From Candidatus Parcubacteria bacterium (GTDB taxonomy: Bacteria; Patescibacteriota; Saccharimonadia; UBA4664; JBIOIQ01): DNA of 64,000 nt. Below, one piece after another: positions 27,509 to 36,027 of this stretch (position 1 is its first letter; every line of letters starts with the position of its first letter). Location of the stretch: contig OY970378.1 in the NCBI GenBank assembly GCA_963718875.1, positions 1,011,691 through 1,075,690 of the forward strand, given 5' to 3'. Both the position numbers and the translations under genes were made by a program. A model generated the notes under the pieces. The model saw only the letters and a list, made by a program, of their open reading frames with translations, ran no database searches and was not told where the DNA came from.

Positions 27509-27889
27509 CTAATAAAAAATTTGATACTTGGCGATGGAAGTAGTTGCCGCCGAAGCTTCCCATGACAGATCATAGCCGCCGCTAGCTGCTATAACTTTAA
27601 AGTTTCGGGGAGTAGTGGGCTTGGGATAATCTACCGGGGTTACGTTTAGCGGATTACTTTGGGGGGCCACCTGGGGACTGGATTTAGGGTTTGGGGTTGC
27701 AGTGCTTTGCTGAGTTGCACTGCTTCCTGGCTGTGGATTAGGTTTGGTAACCGTGGTGGTTTTTTTTGCAGGTAATGTTTTACTGGTCTTGGCATTATTT
27801 ATCAGCCAAATACCCCCGCCTATCAGGCTAACCACAAGAAACACTAATAAAATTTCAATTAGTCCTGTACCATCCTGATTTTTTTTCAT
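27509..27889 (-). CDS. pilin-like protein with prepilin-type N-terminus (tentative)
   Basis: MKKNQDG|TGLIEILLVFLVVSLIGGGIW: Glu at +5 and a hydrophobic helix. Confidence 0.4.
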   Translation of the reverse strand: MKKNQDGTGLIEILLVFLVVSLIGGGIWLINNAKTSKTLPAKKTTTVTKPNPQPGSSATQQSTATPNPKSSPQVAPQSNPLNVTPVDYPKPTTPRNFKVIAASGGYDLSWEASAATTSIAKYQIFY

Positions 27890-28286
27890 ACTTTTATTAT
27901 CTACAAAAGAACAGACAATACAAACTTCTTAATTATAAGTAAGTCCAGTTTTTCATATTTGACGAGACGCCCAGAATTGCCGCTCAGCAGTGATTTGACT
28001 AATTTTTATTTTGTTCACATTCTAGTCGCAGGTATTGCCAATTACGATGGGCTCCGGGTCTGTCCCCATCGCGTATCCATCGCCGATAATATCATGGCAG
28101 TTCTTGGGCTGTTGAGTATAAATGTAACCAGCAGCTCCTAATACAACAGCTGTTATCAAAAGCACAGCGATAGATTTGCGGTTTACTTTCTTCACCAGTT
28201 GAGTATAGCAATAAAACATTCAACTGTTAAAGCGCTTATGCTTATGGACGGCCATTTGTGACGCTATTAGGTTTGATGGTTAAACT

Positions 28287-28583
28287 CTAACGAAATTTGT
28301 CACTGCAGGCTTGCAGACCCTCGTCGATAAGTTCCTGTCTTGCTTCTGAATTACTTACGCGTCGACGACACTCGTCAAGATTCTTGTCACTTGGCGTTGT
28401 TGGTCCGGGCGTAGGTTGTTGAACATTATTTTGCTGGCTACCATTCGATGCTGGCTGAGCAGGCAGGCTTAGGCCATCAACCTGGCTATTACTTTGCATA
28501 ATAAAAAACCAGCCAGCCATCAGCACAACAAATACTGCTACTATTACAACAACTATCCTATTTTTCATAACCATATAATACAT
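28287..28583 (-). CDS. small secreted/membrane-anchored hypothetical protein
   Basis: 98 aa with N-terminal hydrophobic segment and a Gln/Pro-rich region. Confidence 0.35.
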   Translation of the reverse strand: MYYMVMKNRIVVVIVAVFVVLMAGWFFIMQSNSQVDGLSLPAQPASNGSQQNNVQQPTPGPTTPSDKNLDECRRRVSNSEARQELIDEGLQACSDKFR

Positions 28584-28603
28584 AATTTAGGGCGGTTGGG
28601 TAT

Positions 28604-29149
28604 CTATTCTGCGGAGTAATCCCAGCCAGGTTGCCAAGCTTGAGCTTTACGCCAATCAGTAGCAAACGCTTCTTCCCAAGTCATGCCCTTTAATAGAACA
28701 TCTAGTGAAAGCTGAGGAGCTTTATGGGCAACTATGGCAATATGCTTTCCGTGATACTCTTTCTTTACGAATTCTAAGAAGTCAGCGATCCTAGCTTTGA
28801 CATCTTCGTAGCTTTCACCGTTTGGCATTGGTGTATCGATTGATTTTTCCTGCATTGTCTCGACTAGTTCTGAGTCTTCGCCATTCAAGTCACCGTAATT
28901 ACATTCACGCAAACGCTTATCGGCAAATCTGGGATATTTATCTCCCCAAGTCAACCTAGCCGATTCAACCGACCTAACTAAATCCGAAGTGAACACCGCA
29001 TCAAAGGTCATATTTTCTGTTAGACCAGTAAGATCCTTAGACTGCTGGATTCCCAACTCTGATAACTCAACATCATTCCAGCCAGAGGATTTGTGGATTT
29101 CATTATCTATAGTAGTACCGTGTACAAAATAAGTAATTTCTACAGACAT
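28604..29149 (-). CDS. histidine phosphatase family protein (phosphoglycerate mutase-like)
   Basis: start set at MSVEITYFVHGTT (the RHG-type motif appears here as VHG); the 125 codons upstream of it in the ORF track overlap tRNA-Lys and a structured noncoding region. Confidence 0.6.
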   Translation of the reverse strand: MSVEITYFVHGTTIDNEIHKSSGWNDVELSELGIQQSKDLTGLTENMTFDAVFTSDLVRSVESARLTWGDKYPRFADKRLRECNYGDLNGEDSELVETMQEKSIDTPMPNGESYEDVKARIADFLEFVKKEYHGKHIAIVAHKAPQLSLDVLLKGMTWEEAFATDWRKAQAWQPGWDYSAE

Positions 29150-29189
29150 AACGCAATTATACCACCAGGGGTACGAACTCCTGCAACAG

Positions 29190-29220
29190 ATAAAAAAATG
29201 CCTCTCGAATTTGAGAGTCT
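29190..29220 (-). terminator. minus-strand hairpin plus U7 (CTCTC-n6-GAGAG then GCAUUUUUUUA) in the leader of the phosphatase gene, downstream of tRNA-Lys
   Basis: short stem followed by 7 U on the minus strand; could terminate the tRNA-Lys transcript or act as an attenuator. Confidence 0.35.
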
Positions 29221-29255
29221 TCGGTGCGAACCGAATCGTATCTGGTAGATACGAT

Positions 29256-29308
29256 TGGAGGGCCGTCCGTGACTCCCCGGCTAGTGGGCCTGGGTAAACT
29301 TCTCGTCT
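29256..29308. repeat. 14-nt duplication of the tRNA-Lys 3' end (TGGAGGGCCGTCCG) fused to conserved motif copy 1 (TGACTCCCCGGCTAGTGGGCCTGGGTAAACTTCTCGTC)
   Basis: direct repeat of the tRNA 3' end about 90 bp from the tRNA; motif also at 37451-37487 and, diverged, at 63892-63927. Confidence 0.55.
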
Positions 29309-29358
29309 CGATGGACCCTTTCCAGTGAAAAAGCCCCACTTTCGTGAGGCGTTTTCAC

Positions 29359-29434
29359 TGGAGGGCCGTCCGGGACTTGAACCCGGAACCAATTGCTTAA
29401 GAGGCAACTGCTCTGCCGATTGAGCTAACGGCCC
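29359..29434 (-). tRNA. tRNA-Lys (anticodon CTT)
   Basis: 76-nt cloverleaf folded by hand: GGGCCGTTAGCTCAATCGGCAGAGCAGTTGCCTCTTAAGCAATTGGTTCCGGGTTCAAGTCCCGGACGGCCCTCCA. Confidence 0.9.
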
Positions 29435-29536
29435 TAGTCGTTTACAAAAACTTAACTTTCTGTCATTTATAATCTTCCTGATATAGTCTTTTCTCTTCCA
29501 AGACTTTATATGCTTTTCTGCCAACCTGGCAATAGC

Positions 29537-30109
29537 TTAAGCTTTGCGGCCGGTCATGGCTAGCATTTTTGTTTGGGCATCAGAGTCCTCTGGCACTTCT
29601 ACGATAGGCCCGAAGAGTCCCTTGGAACGAGCACCTTCTGCCATTGGTCCAAAAATTTTATTAGCGAGGGCTACTAAGCTGGGGTCGATTTTGGTATCTG
29701 CGCCAATAGCTTTGGCCAGGTCCCAATTATGGACGGCTATGTCACTGGTTATTTGCTCGCAGTAATCAGCCGCCGATGTATCACCCATCGAGAGGTGAAC
29801 TGTTCGCTCGAGCGCCCCAGGCTGGCTCAAGGTCTCCACGGCAGAGTCAGCTGCAACTGTGGCTGCCATAACTGGATCATTACCCAAAAGGTCCCCGTCG
29901 AATTTGTCGGCAACTTCTGCGATTGTTTTTCCCTCAACCATGGGCTTTATCCACATCAACTCGTTAACCATATGATTAACCAGCTCTCGGGTATCCCAAT
30001 CTGTGTCTGGCGTTGCCGCATTCCACTGGTCGGCTTTGACAGAAGAAACCAGCCTTTTAAATTGATCCGTAGCCAGTTTAAGTAACGCGAGCTCATTCAT
30101 AAACATCAC
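29537..30109 (-). CDS. DinB/MDMPI_N-like domain protein (TIGR03086-like, tentative)
   Basis: 190 aa; N-terminal WNAATPDTDWDTRELVNHMVNELMW fits the mycothiol-maleylpyruvate-isomerase N-terminal-like fold pattern. Confidence 0.45.
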   Translation of the reverse strand: MMFMNELALLKLATDQFKRLVSSVKADQWNAATPDTDWDTRELVNHMVNELMWIKPMVEGKTIAEVADKFDGDLLGNDPVMAATVAADSAVETLSQPGALERTVHLSMGDTSAADYCEQITSDIAVHNWDLAKAIGADTKIDPSLVALANKIFGPMAEGARSKGLFGPIVEVPEDSDAQTKMLAMTGRKA

Positions 30110-30147
30110 CTTTCGTTACGGTCAACTATACGTACAAGAAATTCTTA

Positions 30148-30224
30148 TGGTGCGCTCGGCAGGATTCGAACCTGCGACCCCTTGGTTCGAAGCCAAGTAC
30201 TCTAATCCGCTGAGCTACGAGCGC
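30148..30224 (-). tRNA. tRNA-Arg (anticodon TCG)
   Basis: 77-nt cloverleaf: GCGCTCGTAGCTCAGCGGATTAGAGTACTTGGCTTCGAACCAAGGGGTCGCAGGTTCGAATCCTGCCGAGCGCACCA. Confidence 0.85.
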
Positions 30225-30312
30225 GCACTCCCTAATACGTGGTTAAGACTGGGGAATCATAGCATAATGAGGCGATTTTGACTACACTGGTAGAGATGAC
30301 TATTACCAATAT

Positions 30313-31368
30313 ATGAAAACGCGCGCAAACGTATCACTAGCAGGCTTAACCTCCTTGAACTGTGGAGGCCCGGCCGAGAAATTGATTGAAATTGAAAACC
30401 ATGAAGAGGCTAGCCTTGCCTTGGAGTCCATTGACCATAGCCAGCCGTTGTGGATTCTTGGCCATGGCAATAACACTCTTATCTCGGACGCTGGGCTTCC
30501 CGGCACAACTCTGCGTTTTTTTGGTAATGCCGAGCCGCAGGCAGAAGGTACGTTGGTAATTGTTGATGCCGGTGTTTTATGGGACGACTTTGTGCAATTT
30601 TGTGTAGCTCAAAATTTGTGGGGGTTAGAACTTATCAGTGGTGTTCCAGGTGGTGTAGGCGCAGCTGTTGTCATAAACGTTACGGCTTACGGCGAGCGAG
30701 TGTCGGAAACATTGGCGTGGGCGGATGTGCTTGATCCGGCCAGTGGGGTGATTAATCGCATGACCGTTACAGAAATGGATTATAGCTATAAAAGCAGTAA
30801 GCTCATGATGCCTGGATCGCAGCTGATTGTGCTTCGAGCAGCATTTCAACTAGCAGAACAGCCAACCAAGGAACTTGAGTACACATCTGCCCTTCATGTA
30901 GCGGACGAGTTAAAGCTCAAGCCAGACAGTCTGGTTAACCGCCGTACTATCATAATGGAGACGCGTCGACGTGCAGGAGCACTGTATGATCCCGACGATC
31001 CAACCCGCGAACACACCGCCGGATCTTTTTTTAAGAATCCCCTGGTGATCGCCAAAAAAGCCGCGGAACTGTCTGAGTTTGAAGAGGCTAACATTAGCCC
31101 TCAGCAACTGTTGGAACAAAACCGCATTCATGGCGGCGAAGCCCGCCGAGTTTCATCGGCTCATGTGCTGCTAGCGGCTGGGTTTAAGCGTGGGCAAAGC
31201 TGGGGACCGGTACGTTTGCACCCGCAACATGTTTTAAAAATCGAAAACACGGGAGGAGCCAAAGCCCAGGAAATTTATGATGTCGCCCAAGAGATTATCG
31301 CTATCGTAAAAGCTAAACTAGACATTAACCTGGAGCCAGAGGTGCAGTTTTTGGGAGAATTTGAATAA
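30313..31368 (+). CDS. murB: UDP-N-acetylenolpyruvoylglucosamine reductase
   Basis: 351 aa; PCMH FAD-binding N-terminus and MurB C-terminal domain; cell-wall gene context. Confidence 0.65.
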   Translation: MKTRANVSLAGLTSLNCGGPAEKLIEIENHEEASLALESIDHSQPLWILGHGNNTLISDAGLPGTTLRFFGNAEPQAEGTLVIVDAGVLWDDFVQFCVAQNLWGLELISGVPGGVGAAVVINVTAYGERVSETLAWADVLDPASGVINRMTVTEMDYSYKSSKLMMPGSQLIVLRAAFQLAEQPTKELEYTSALHVADELKLKPDSLVNRRTIIMETRRRAGALYDPDDPTREHTAGSFFKNPLVIAKKAAELSEFEEANISPQQLLEQNRIHGGEARRVSSAHVLLAAGFKRGQSWGPVRLHPQHVLKIENTGGAKAQEIYDVAQEIIAIVKAKLDINLEPEVQFLGEFE

Positions 31369-31371
31369 ATT

Positions 31372-31403
31372 CTGTCATCCCTGCGTAGGCGGGGATCCAG
31401 GCC
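31372..31403. repeat. repeat module 1 (TGTCATCCC-TGCGTAGGCG-GGGATCCAGG) abutting the 3' end of the GIY-YIG gene
   Basis: same module as at 4745, 32750, 45167 and 34364; near-inverted copy of the module at 31700-31745. Confidence 0.6.
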
Positions 31404-31404
31404 A

Positions 31405-31689
31405 TTAGAAATCCTCTGCTAAATCTTTCCAGTTCGGGTTACTCTCTTCAATTAATCGCAGCTTCCAAGCTCTCTTCCAATGCTTAATTTGTTTTTCGCG
31501 AAGCAATGCGGAGTTCACGTCATTGGTTTGTTCAAAATAAACCAGCATATGAACACTATTTTCCTTGGTGAACCCATCTATGAGATTGTTTTTATGCTGG
31601 TGCGCCCTAGTTTGCAGATTATTCGTCATGCCAACATAGAGAGTCCCATTGCGCTGACTAGCCATTATATAGACGTAATAAGTTTTCAT
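31405..31689 (-). CDS. GIY-YIG nuclease family protein (UPF0213/YhbQ-like, 94 aa)
   Basis: YVYIMASQRNGTLYVGMTNNLQTRAHQH...REKQIKHWKR GIY-YIG core; flanked on both sides by the repeat modules. Confidence 0.7.
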   Translation of the reverse strand: MKTYYVYIMASQRNGTLYVGMTNNLQTRAHQHKNNLIDGFTKENSVHMLVYFEQTNDVNSALLREKQIKHWKRAWKLRLIEESNPNWKDLAEDF

Positions 31690-31699
31690 TTGTTTATAT

Positions 31700-31745
31700 T
31701 ATACTTTTTTCTTTTCTGGGTCCCCGCCTTCGCAGGGACGACAAC
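31700..31745. repeat. repeat module 2 (TTTTTCTTTTCTGGGTCCCC-GCCTTCGCA-GGGAC) abutting the 5' end of the GIY-YIG gene
   Basis: reverse complement GTCCCTGCGAAGGCGGGGAC matches module 1 ATCCCTGCGTAGGCGGGGATC (roughly 18/20). Confidence 0.6.
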
Positions 31746-31747
31746 TA

Positions 31748-32392
31748 CTATTTAATCAAGTGCTTATTATGGCCAGATTCGATCAATAGCCGGTATGCAT
31801 TCTTAACCTCGTCGGGCACATCCATTTCAATTTGGTACCCTTTGGCCGGATATTCCATAATACGTTGCAAATCGCCAACCATAATGCTTACAACTAATTC
31901 CTGGCCGAGCTTTTCCGTGGGATAATTTTCAAAACTGATTGGGGGAGATGAAACAATAAAGTTTTTACTTGGAAAAAGCTTTTTGGCTGTGGCGAACACT
32001 CGTCGCTCCATGTAGGGCTTGGTGACTATAATTACAAGGTTGGCGGAAATATGGTTTTTACTTAACAAGTCCATCGAAAAAAGAATGTTTTCGCCGGTAT
32101 TGGTCGATTTCTTTTCCAGCAATACAGCATCGTCTGGGATGCCGGCTGCAGCCGCAACCTCTGCAAATATTTCAGCTTCGGTTTGGCCAAAACGGTCTTT
32201 AGTTAACGATCCCAAGCCTCCCGAAAAGATTATATGCGGCGCAAGTTCTCTCTTAAATAACTCAACACCGTATTCGGCCACCCGAATATCACTGCTACCG
32301 AGGACTATGATGCAATCGGCTTTTTCGAGGCTCTGGTTCATGTGATGATAGTCCCAGACGATTTTGGCGGCACTTTGGATTTCTGGATTCAT
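31748..32392 (-). CDS. YdcF/DUF218 family protein
   Basis: 214 aa; CIIVLGSSDIRVAEYGVELFKRELAPHIIFSGG is the DUF218 core. Confidence 0.6.
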   Translation of the reverse strand: MNPEIQSAAKIVWDYHHMNQSLEKADCIIVLGSSDIRVAEYGVELFKRELAPHIIFSGGLGSLTKDRFGQTEAEIFAEVAAAAGIPDDAVLLEKKSTNTGENILFSMDLLSKNHISANLVIIVTKPYMERRVFATAKKLFPSKNFIVSSPPISFENYPTEKLGQELVVSIMVGDLQRIMEYPAKGYQIEMDVPDEVKNAYRLLIESGHNKHLIK

Positions 32393-32730
32393 TTTGAACG
32401 TTCTCTAATCTTTTGATCATCGTCAGCCAGCATGTCCTCCCACGCTTGAGCCATATCAATGTCGAGCTTGGCGGCGATAAAAAGGGCTTCAGCTATGATA
32501 TCGGCCAGCTCATTGGCTAGCTGGGTTTTAAGTTCGGGCTCGGTCTTACCTTCGGCCCAGCGCTCACCTGTGAGCTGTAGCATGATTTTGGACAAGCTCC
32601 CAACTTGGTACGTCAAATCCTTGGCGGCCGATTCCCAGCTCCATGGCTTGGTGCCTTGGGCCACATAGCGGTCAAACGAAGCCACTACTTCGGCTTTGAG
32701 TTGGGCAATGGTCTTGGTTTGCTCGCTCAT
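32389..32730 (-). CDS. MazG-like nucleotide pyrophosphohydrolase (small single-domain type)
   Basis: 113 aa; ELADIIAEALFIAAKLDIDMAQAWEDML EExxE/D-type helix pattern. Confidence 0.5.
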   Translation of the reverse strand: MSEQTKTIAQLKAEVVASFDRYVAQGTKPWSWESAAKDLTYQVGSLSKIMLQLTGERWAEGKTEPELKTQLANELADIIAEALFIAAKLDIDMAQAWEDMLADDDQKIRERSK

Positions 32731-32749
32731 CGGAATCTTTTTCCTTTCT

Positions 32750-32936
32750 TGACATCCCCTATCGGCCGTTCGAGGCTCTGAGGAGCCCTCAGGCTCTCGA
32801 AGAGAAGCCAGTTATGGCTGAGTGCTTACGTAATCTGCGCTCCGGATAGGGGATCGAGGCAAAATTATCCAACTGTTTGTTTTGCTTATTTTTTTGTTTT
32901 TTTTATTTCTGGTTCCCCGCCTTCGCGGGGATAACA
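32750..32936. repeat. modular palindromic repeat, gene-less copy with long internal loop (TGACATCCCCTATCGG ... CCGGATAGGGGATCGAGG ... TTTTTTTATTTCTGGTTCCCCGCCTTCGCGGGGA)
   Basis: module 1 and module 2 both present; perfect mini-palindrome CCCCGCCTTCGCGGGG. Confidence 0.55.
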
Positions 32937-33025
32937 AGAATGAACCGTGCAAAAGTTATGTTTGATGTTTGAAAGCTGGCGCTTGAATATTGTCTGTATC
33001 CTTGCTTCTTGGGTCTTGTACCTTG

Positions 33026-34327
33026 CTAATGCTTGTCGCTAGGAAGTGGAAATTGAAGGCAGAAAGCTTTGACCTCTTCGTGCAGCTTTTCAAGGTAAGC
33101 CTCGTCGGTGTGGTGGGTAATGGCCTGGTGCATCCAGCGAGCAATGTGCTCCATGTCGTCCTCTTTCATTCCGCGAGTGGTAATGGCAGGAGTTCCAAGT
33201 CGAATACCGCTGGGATCAAACGGCTTACGTTGGTCGTCGGCAATGACGTTTTTGTTAACGGTAAGTCCCACTTTGTCCAGCGTCTGCTCTACCACTTTGC
33301 CGCCCAATTTGAACGACGTGAAGACATCGGCCAAGATGAGGTGGTTGTCCGTACCGTTAGTGACGAGCTTAAAGCCAAGCTTCATCATTTCGTCAGCCAA
33401 ACGAGTGGCGTTTACCAGAATTTGTTTGGCATAGGTTTTAAATTCTGGTTGCTGAGCCTCGCCAAAGGCTACGGCTTTAGCGAGTATTTGATGTTCGTGA
33501 GGTCCACCTTGTAACCCAGGGAAAAGAGTCCGATCAATAAGCGTTGGTAGTTGTTCTAAGGTATGTTCTGGTTTTTTAAGCCGGTTGCCAACCTCCCCGC
33601 GGGTCAAAATCATGCCCCCGCGCGGACCGCGCAAAGTTTTATGCGTGGTGGTTGTAACCACGTCGAACCCAAAGTCAAATGGGTTTGCTAAAACGCCCGC
33701 AGCAATTAAACCGGCAATGTGTGCCATGTCCATCATGGCAATGGCACCAACTTGATCGGCGATGTCACGAAACTTTTGATAGTTTAACTCGCGGGGATAG
33801 GCAGAGAATCCCGCTAAAATGATTTTGGGCTTTTCTTTCTTTGCCACTTCAAGTAATTGATCGTAATCAATTTCCCCTGTCTCGACGTCCTTCATGCCAT
33901 AGCGCACAAAGTTGAACAGTTTGCTCATAACTGTTACGGGGCTACCGTGAGTTAGGTGACCACCGTGACTTAAATCCATGCCCAATATGGTGTCGCCGGG
34001 TTCCATCCAGGCATGATAGACGGCAATATTGGCTGGGGCACCGGAAAGAGGTTGAACATTGGCATGACCTGCCTTAAACAAGGTTTTTGCACGATCGATA
34101 GCGATGTCCTCTACTTGGTCAGTATACTGCTGGCCGCCGTACCAACGGATGCCCGGGTAGCCTTCGGAGTATTTGTTAGTAAAAATGCTACCCAGAGCCT
34201 CGAGGACTGCCCGTGAAACATAGTTTTCACTAGGAATCAGCTCCACGCCCTCGCGTTCACGCTGCTCCTCGCCTTTAATTAGGGCTCCGAGTGTAGGGTC
34301 TTGGTTTTGTAACGCTTGAAAATCCAT
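33026..34327 (-). CDS. glyA: serine hydroxymethyltransferase
   Basis: 433 aa; PLP-lysine region VVTTTTHKTLRGPRGG and overall SHMT colinearity. Confidence 0.85.
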   Translation of the reverse strand: MDFQALQNQDPTLGALIKGEEQREREGVELIPSENYVSRAVLEALGSIFTNKYSEGYPGIRWYGGQQYTDQVEDIAIDRAKTLFKAGHANVQPLSGAPANIAVYHAWMEPGDTILGMDLSHGGHLTHGSPVTVMSKLFNFVRYGMKDVETGEIDYDQLLEVAKKEKPKIILAGFSAYPRELNYQKFRDIADQVGAIAMMDMAHIAGLIAAGVLANPFDFGFDVVTTTTHKTLRGPRGGMILTRGEVGNRLKKPEHTLEQLPTLIDRTLFPGLQGGPHEHQILAKAVAFGEAQQPEFKTYAKQILVNATRLADEMMKLGFKLVTNGTDNHLILADVFTSFKLGGKVVEQTLDKVGLTVNKNVIADDQRKPFDPSGIRLGTPAITTRGMKEDDMEHIARWMHQAITHHTDEAYLEKLHEEVKAFCLQFPLPSDKH

Positions 34328-34363
34328 CTTAAAAATCTCCTTTTAGAGAATGAGGTAGTAAGC

Positions 34364-34398
34364 TGTCATCCCGAGCGATAATCGAGGGATCTAACTGG
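34364..34398. repeat. short module-1-like repeat (TGTCATCCCGAGCGATAATCGAGGGATCTAACTGG) in the glyA 5' leader
   Basis: shares TGTCATCCC...GGGATC with the other module 1 copies. Confidence 0.4.
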
Positions 34399-34549
34399 AT
34401 AGATGTTTCGACTTACGCTCAACATGACAAAGATAAGATGGGGCAAGCTACAACACGTCACAAAATCCTTATTTGTCCTGATTGTAACGGTTTACAGATC
34501 ATAGCGCTAGAGCTACGCCCACAGGAAAAGGACAGACCTTTTCCCAGTG

Positions 34550-35209
34550 TTAATTTTTGCCGTCCCACTCAGTATAAAATCGCTCTAAAAATTCTTTCAT
34601 ATATTTATGTCGTGACTCGGCCATATGTTTGCCCTCGGCCGTATTCATTCTGTCTTTTAGTAAAAGAAGTTTTTCATAAAAATGGTTTATGACGGTACCA
34701 TTACCGTTGTTTTTCATGTGTTCTTGCTTGGTTTTACGTAGGTTAGGCTTAATATTTGGATCATGCATCGCTTCTTGGATGTGTCCGGCATAGGCGAATG
34801 CTCGAGCGATCCCGACGGCTCCCAAGGCATCGAGCCGGTCAGAATCCTGGACTATTTGGCCCTCCAAGTTCGTTGGCCGATCTTCTCCAGTGCCCTTAAA
34901 AGATATGCAATCGATGGAGTCACAAATTCGGCTTGTAAGAGCTGGGTCAACCCGATGACCTTCTAAAATAACGCGAGCGGCTTTTGACCCAGCCAACTCG
35001 TCGCCACTAAACTTCCAATCGGCAACGTCGTGCAGTAGAGCGGTTAGCTCAACTTCAAATTGATCTGCCTTTTCGATTGCACAAATATGTTTAGCCATTT
35101 GCCATACGCGATAAACGTGCCACCAATCATGGCCTGAAGTTTCGCCTTCCATGCGCAAGCGGACTTTGGCGGCCACTGCCGAGATTATAGCTCTTTGTTC
35201 ACTACTCAT
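34550..35209 (-). CDS. HD domain phosphohydrolase (YpgQ/YedJ-like)
   Basis: 219 aa; H...HD motif (ALLHDVAD) and a downstream D; family associated with metal-dependent (d)NTP pyrophosphohydrolase activity. Confidence 0.6.
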   Translation of the reverse strand: MSSEQRAIISAVAAKVRLRMEGETSGHDWWHVYRVWQMAKHICAIEKADQFEVELTALLHDVADWKFSGDELAGSKAARVILEGHRVDPALTSRICDSIDCISFKGTGEDRPTNLEGQIVQDSDRLDALGAVGIARAFAYAGHIQEAMHDPNIKPNLRKTKQEHMKNNGNGTVINHFYEKLLLLKDRMNTAEGKHMAESRHKYMKEFLERFYTEWDGKN

Positions 35210-35739
35210 TTATTATCATTTTGGATATACAATGGTTTGTATTCATATTTATTAAGATCAGCTGCAATGTCATCATACGTCTTACCGCACAACATGCCAC
35301 CGGCCAAAAACTCCTCCTGGGTTACCTCTATCAAACAAAAAACAGGGGGCACAAATTGGTTCATTTCGGCTTCGCTTTCAAATTCAGCGTCAATCAAAAC
35401 TAGGCCCGATAAATCATCCTGAAAAAGATCAATTTCAAGCGTTTTGCCATTGTACGGATAAAAGTAACGCAGTTTCCGCACTCGTTTTCCTAGAATTTGC
35501 GTTAATTCTTCAAACTCAGCAATGTTCAGCTTAATGGTATCTTCGGCTTGTTGAGAAGCATCACCTTGAGCGATATGGGTCTTTTTGGTTATTTCGTAAA
35601 CACCTCCGCGCCTGCGAATGCGTAGGTTCGGGTGGTCTGAACTGGCTGGAATGTATATATCCAGAAGTTCCTTTGAGGGTGCTTCTTTTAAACCCAAGGG
35701 GAGTGAACTGGCTAGAAATGTGCGCTCGAGCTCAATCAT
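35206..35739 (-). CDS. CYTH domain protein (triphosphate tunnel metalloenzyme family)
   Basis: N-terminal ELERTFL (ExExK/R-type motif) and acidic residues along a beta-barrel pattern; 4-nt overlap with the HD gene. Confidence 0.6.
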   Translation of the reverse strand: MIELERTFLASSLPLGLKEAPSKELLDIYIPASSDHPNLRIRRRGGVYEITKKTHIAQGDASQQAEDTIKLNIAEFEELTQILGKRVRKLRYFYPYNGKTLEIDLFQDDLSGLVLIDAEFESEAEMNQFVPPVFCLIEVTQEEFLAGGMLCGKTYDDIAADLNKYEYKPLYIQNDNK

Positions 35740-35765
35740 GGCTCTATTTTAACAGAAGCCCTAGT

Positions 35766-36002
35766 TTAGTGAATTAGGCGAATAATTTCCTGATTGGTAA
35801 GTGTCTTGGTGCCGTATTCCTCCTTCAGGAGTTTGATCATACAATTGACGTAGGCCGTCTTTGAGCTATATACACAGTCGGAGGCCAAAATCTCCAGGCG
35901 TTCAAAATTGGCCCCACAGGACTCAAACCTTTTTGGATCTGTACACAGGCGGATATTTGATTGTAAATGTGAAACCTCGCCCGAGAGCGAGGTTTCACTC
36001 AA
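35766..36002 (-). CDS. hypothetical small protein
   Basis: 78-aa ORF, no recognisable motif. Confidence 0.25.
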   Translation of the reverse strand: MSETSLSGEVSHLQSNIRLCTDPKRFESCGANFERLEILASDCVYSSKTAYVNCMIKLLKEEYGTKTLTNQEIIRLIH

Positions 36003-36027
36003 ACGGGCGAGGTGGGCGCTGGCTTGG

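Noticed and set aside
29253-29312. Reading the conserved tRNA-associated motif as a short conserved peptide (both copies translate to TPRL.G.GKLLV in one frame)
   Set aside because: The third copy does not preserve any frame, and no start/SD is present. The similarity is nucleotide-level.
28604-29524. The full 306-aa ORF reported by the track for the histidine phosphatase gene
   Set aside because: Its first 125 codons run across tRNA-Lys and the structured noncoding leader, and translate to low-complexity sequence. The true start is the internal MSVEITYFVHGTT at 29149.
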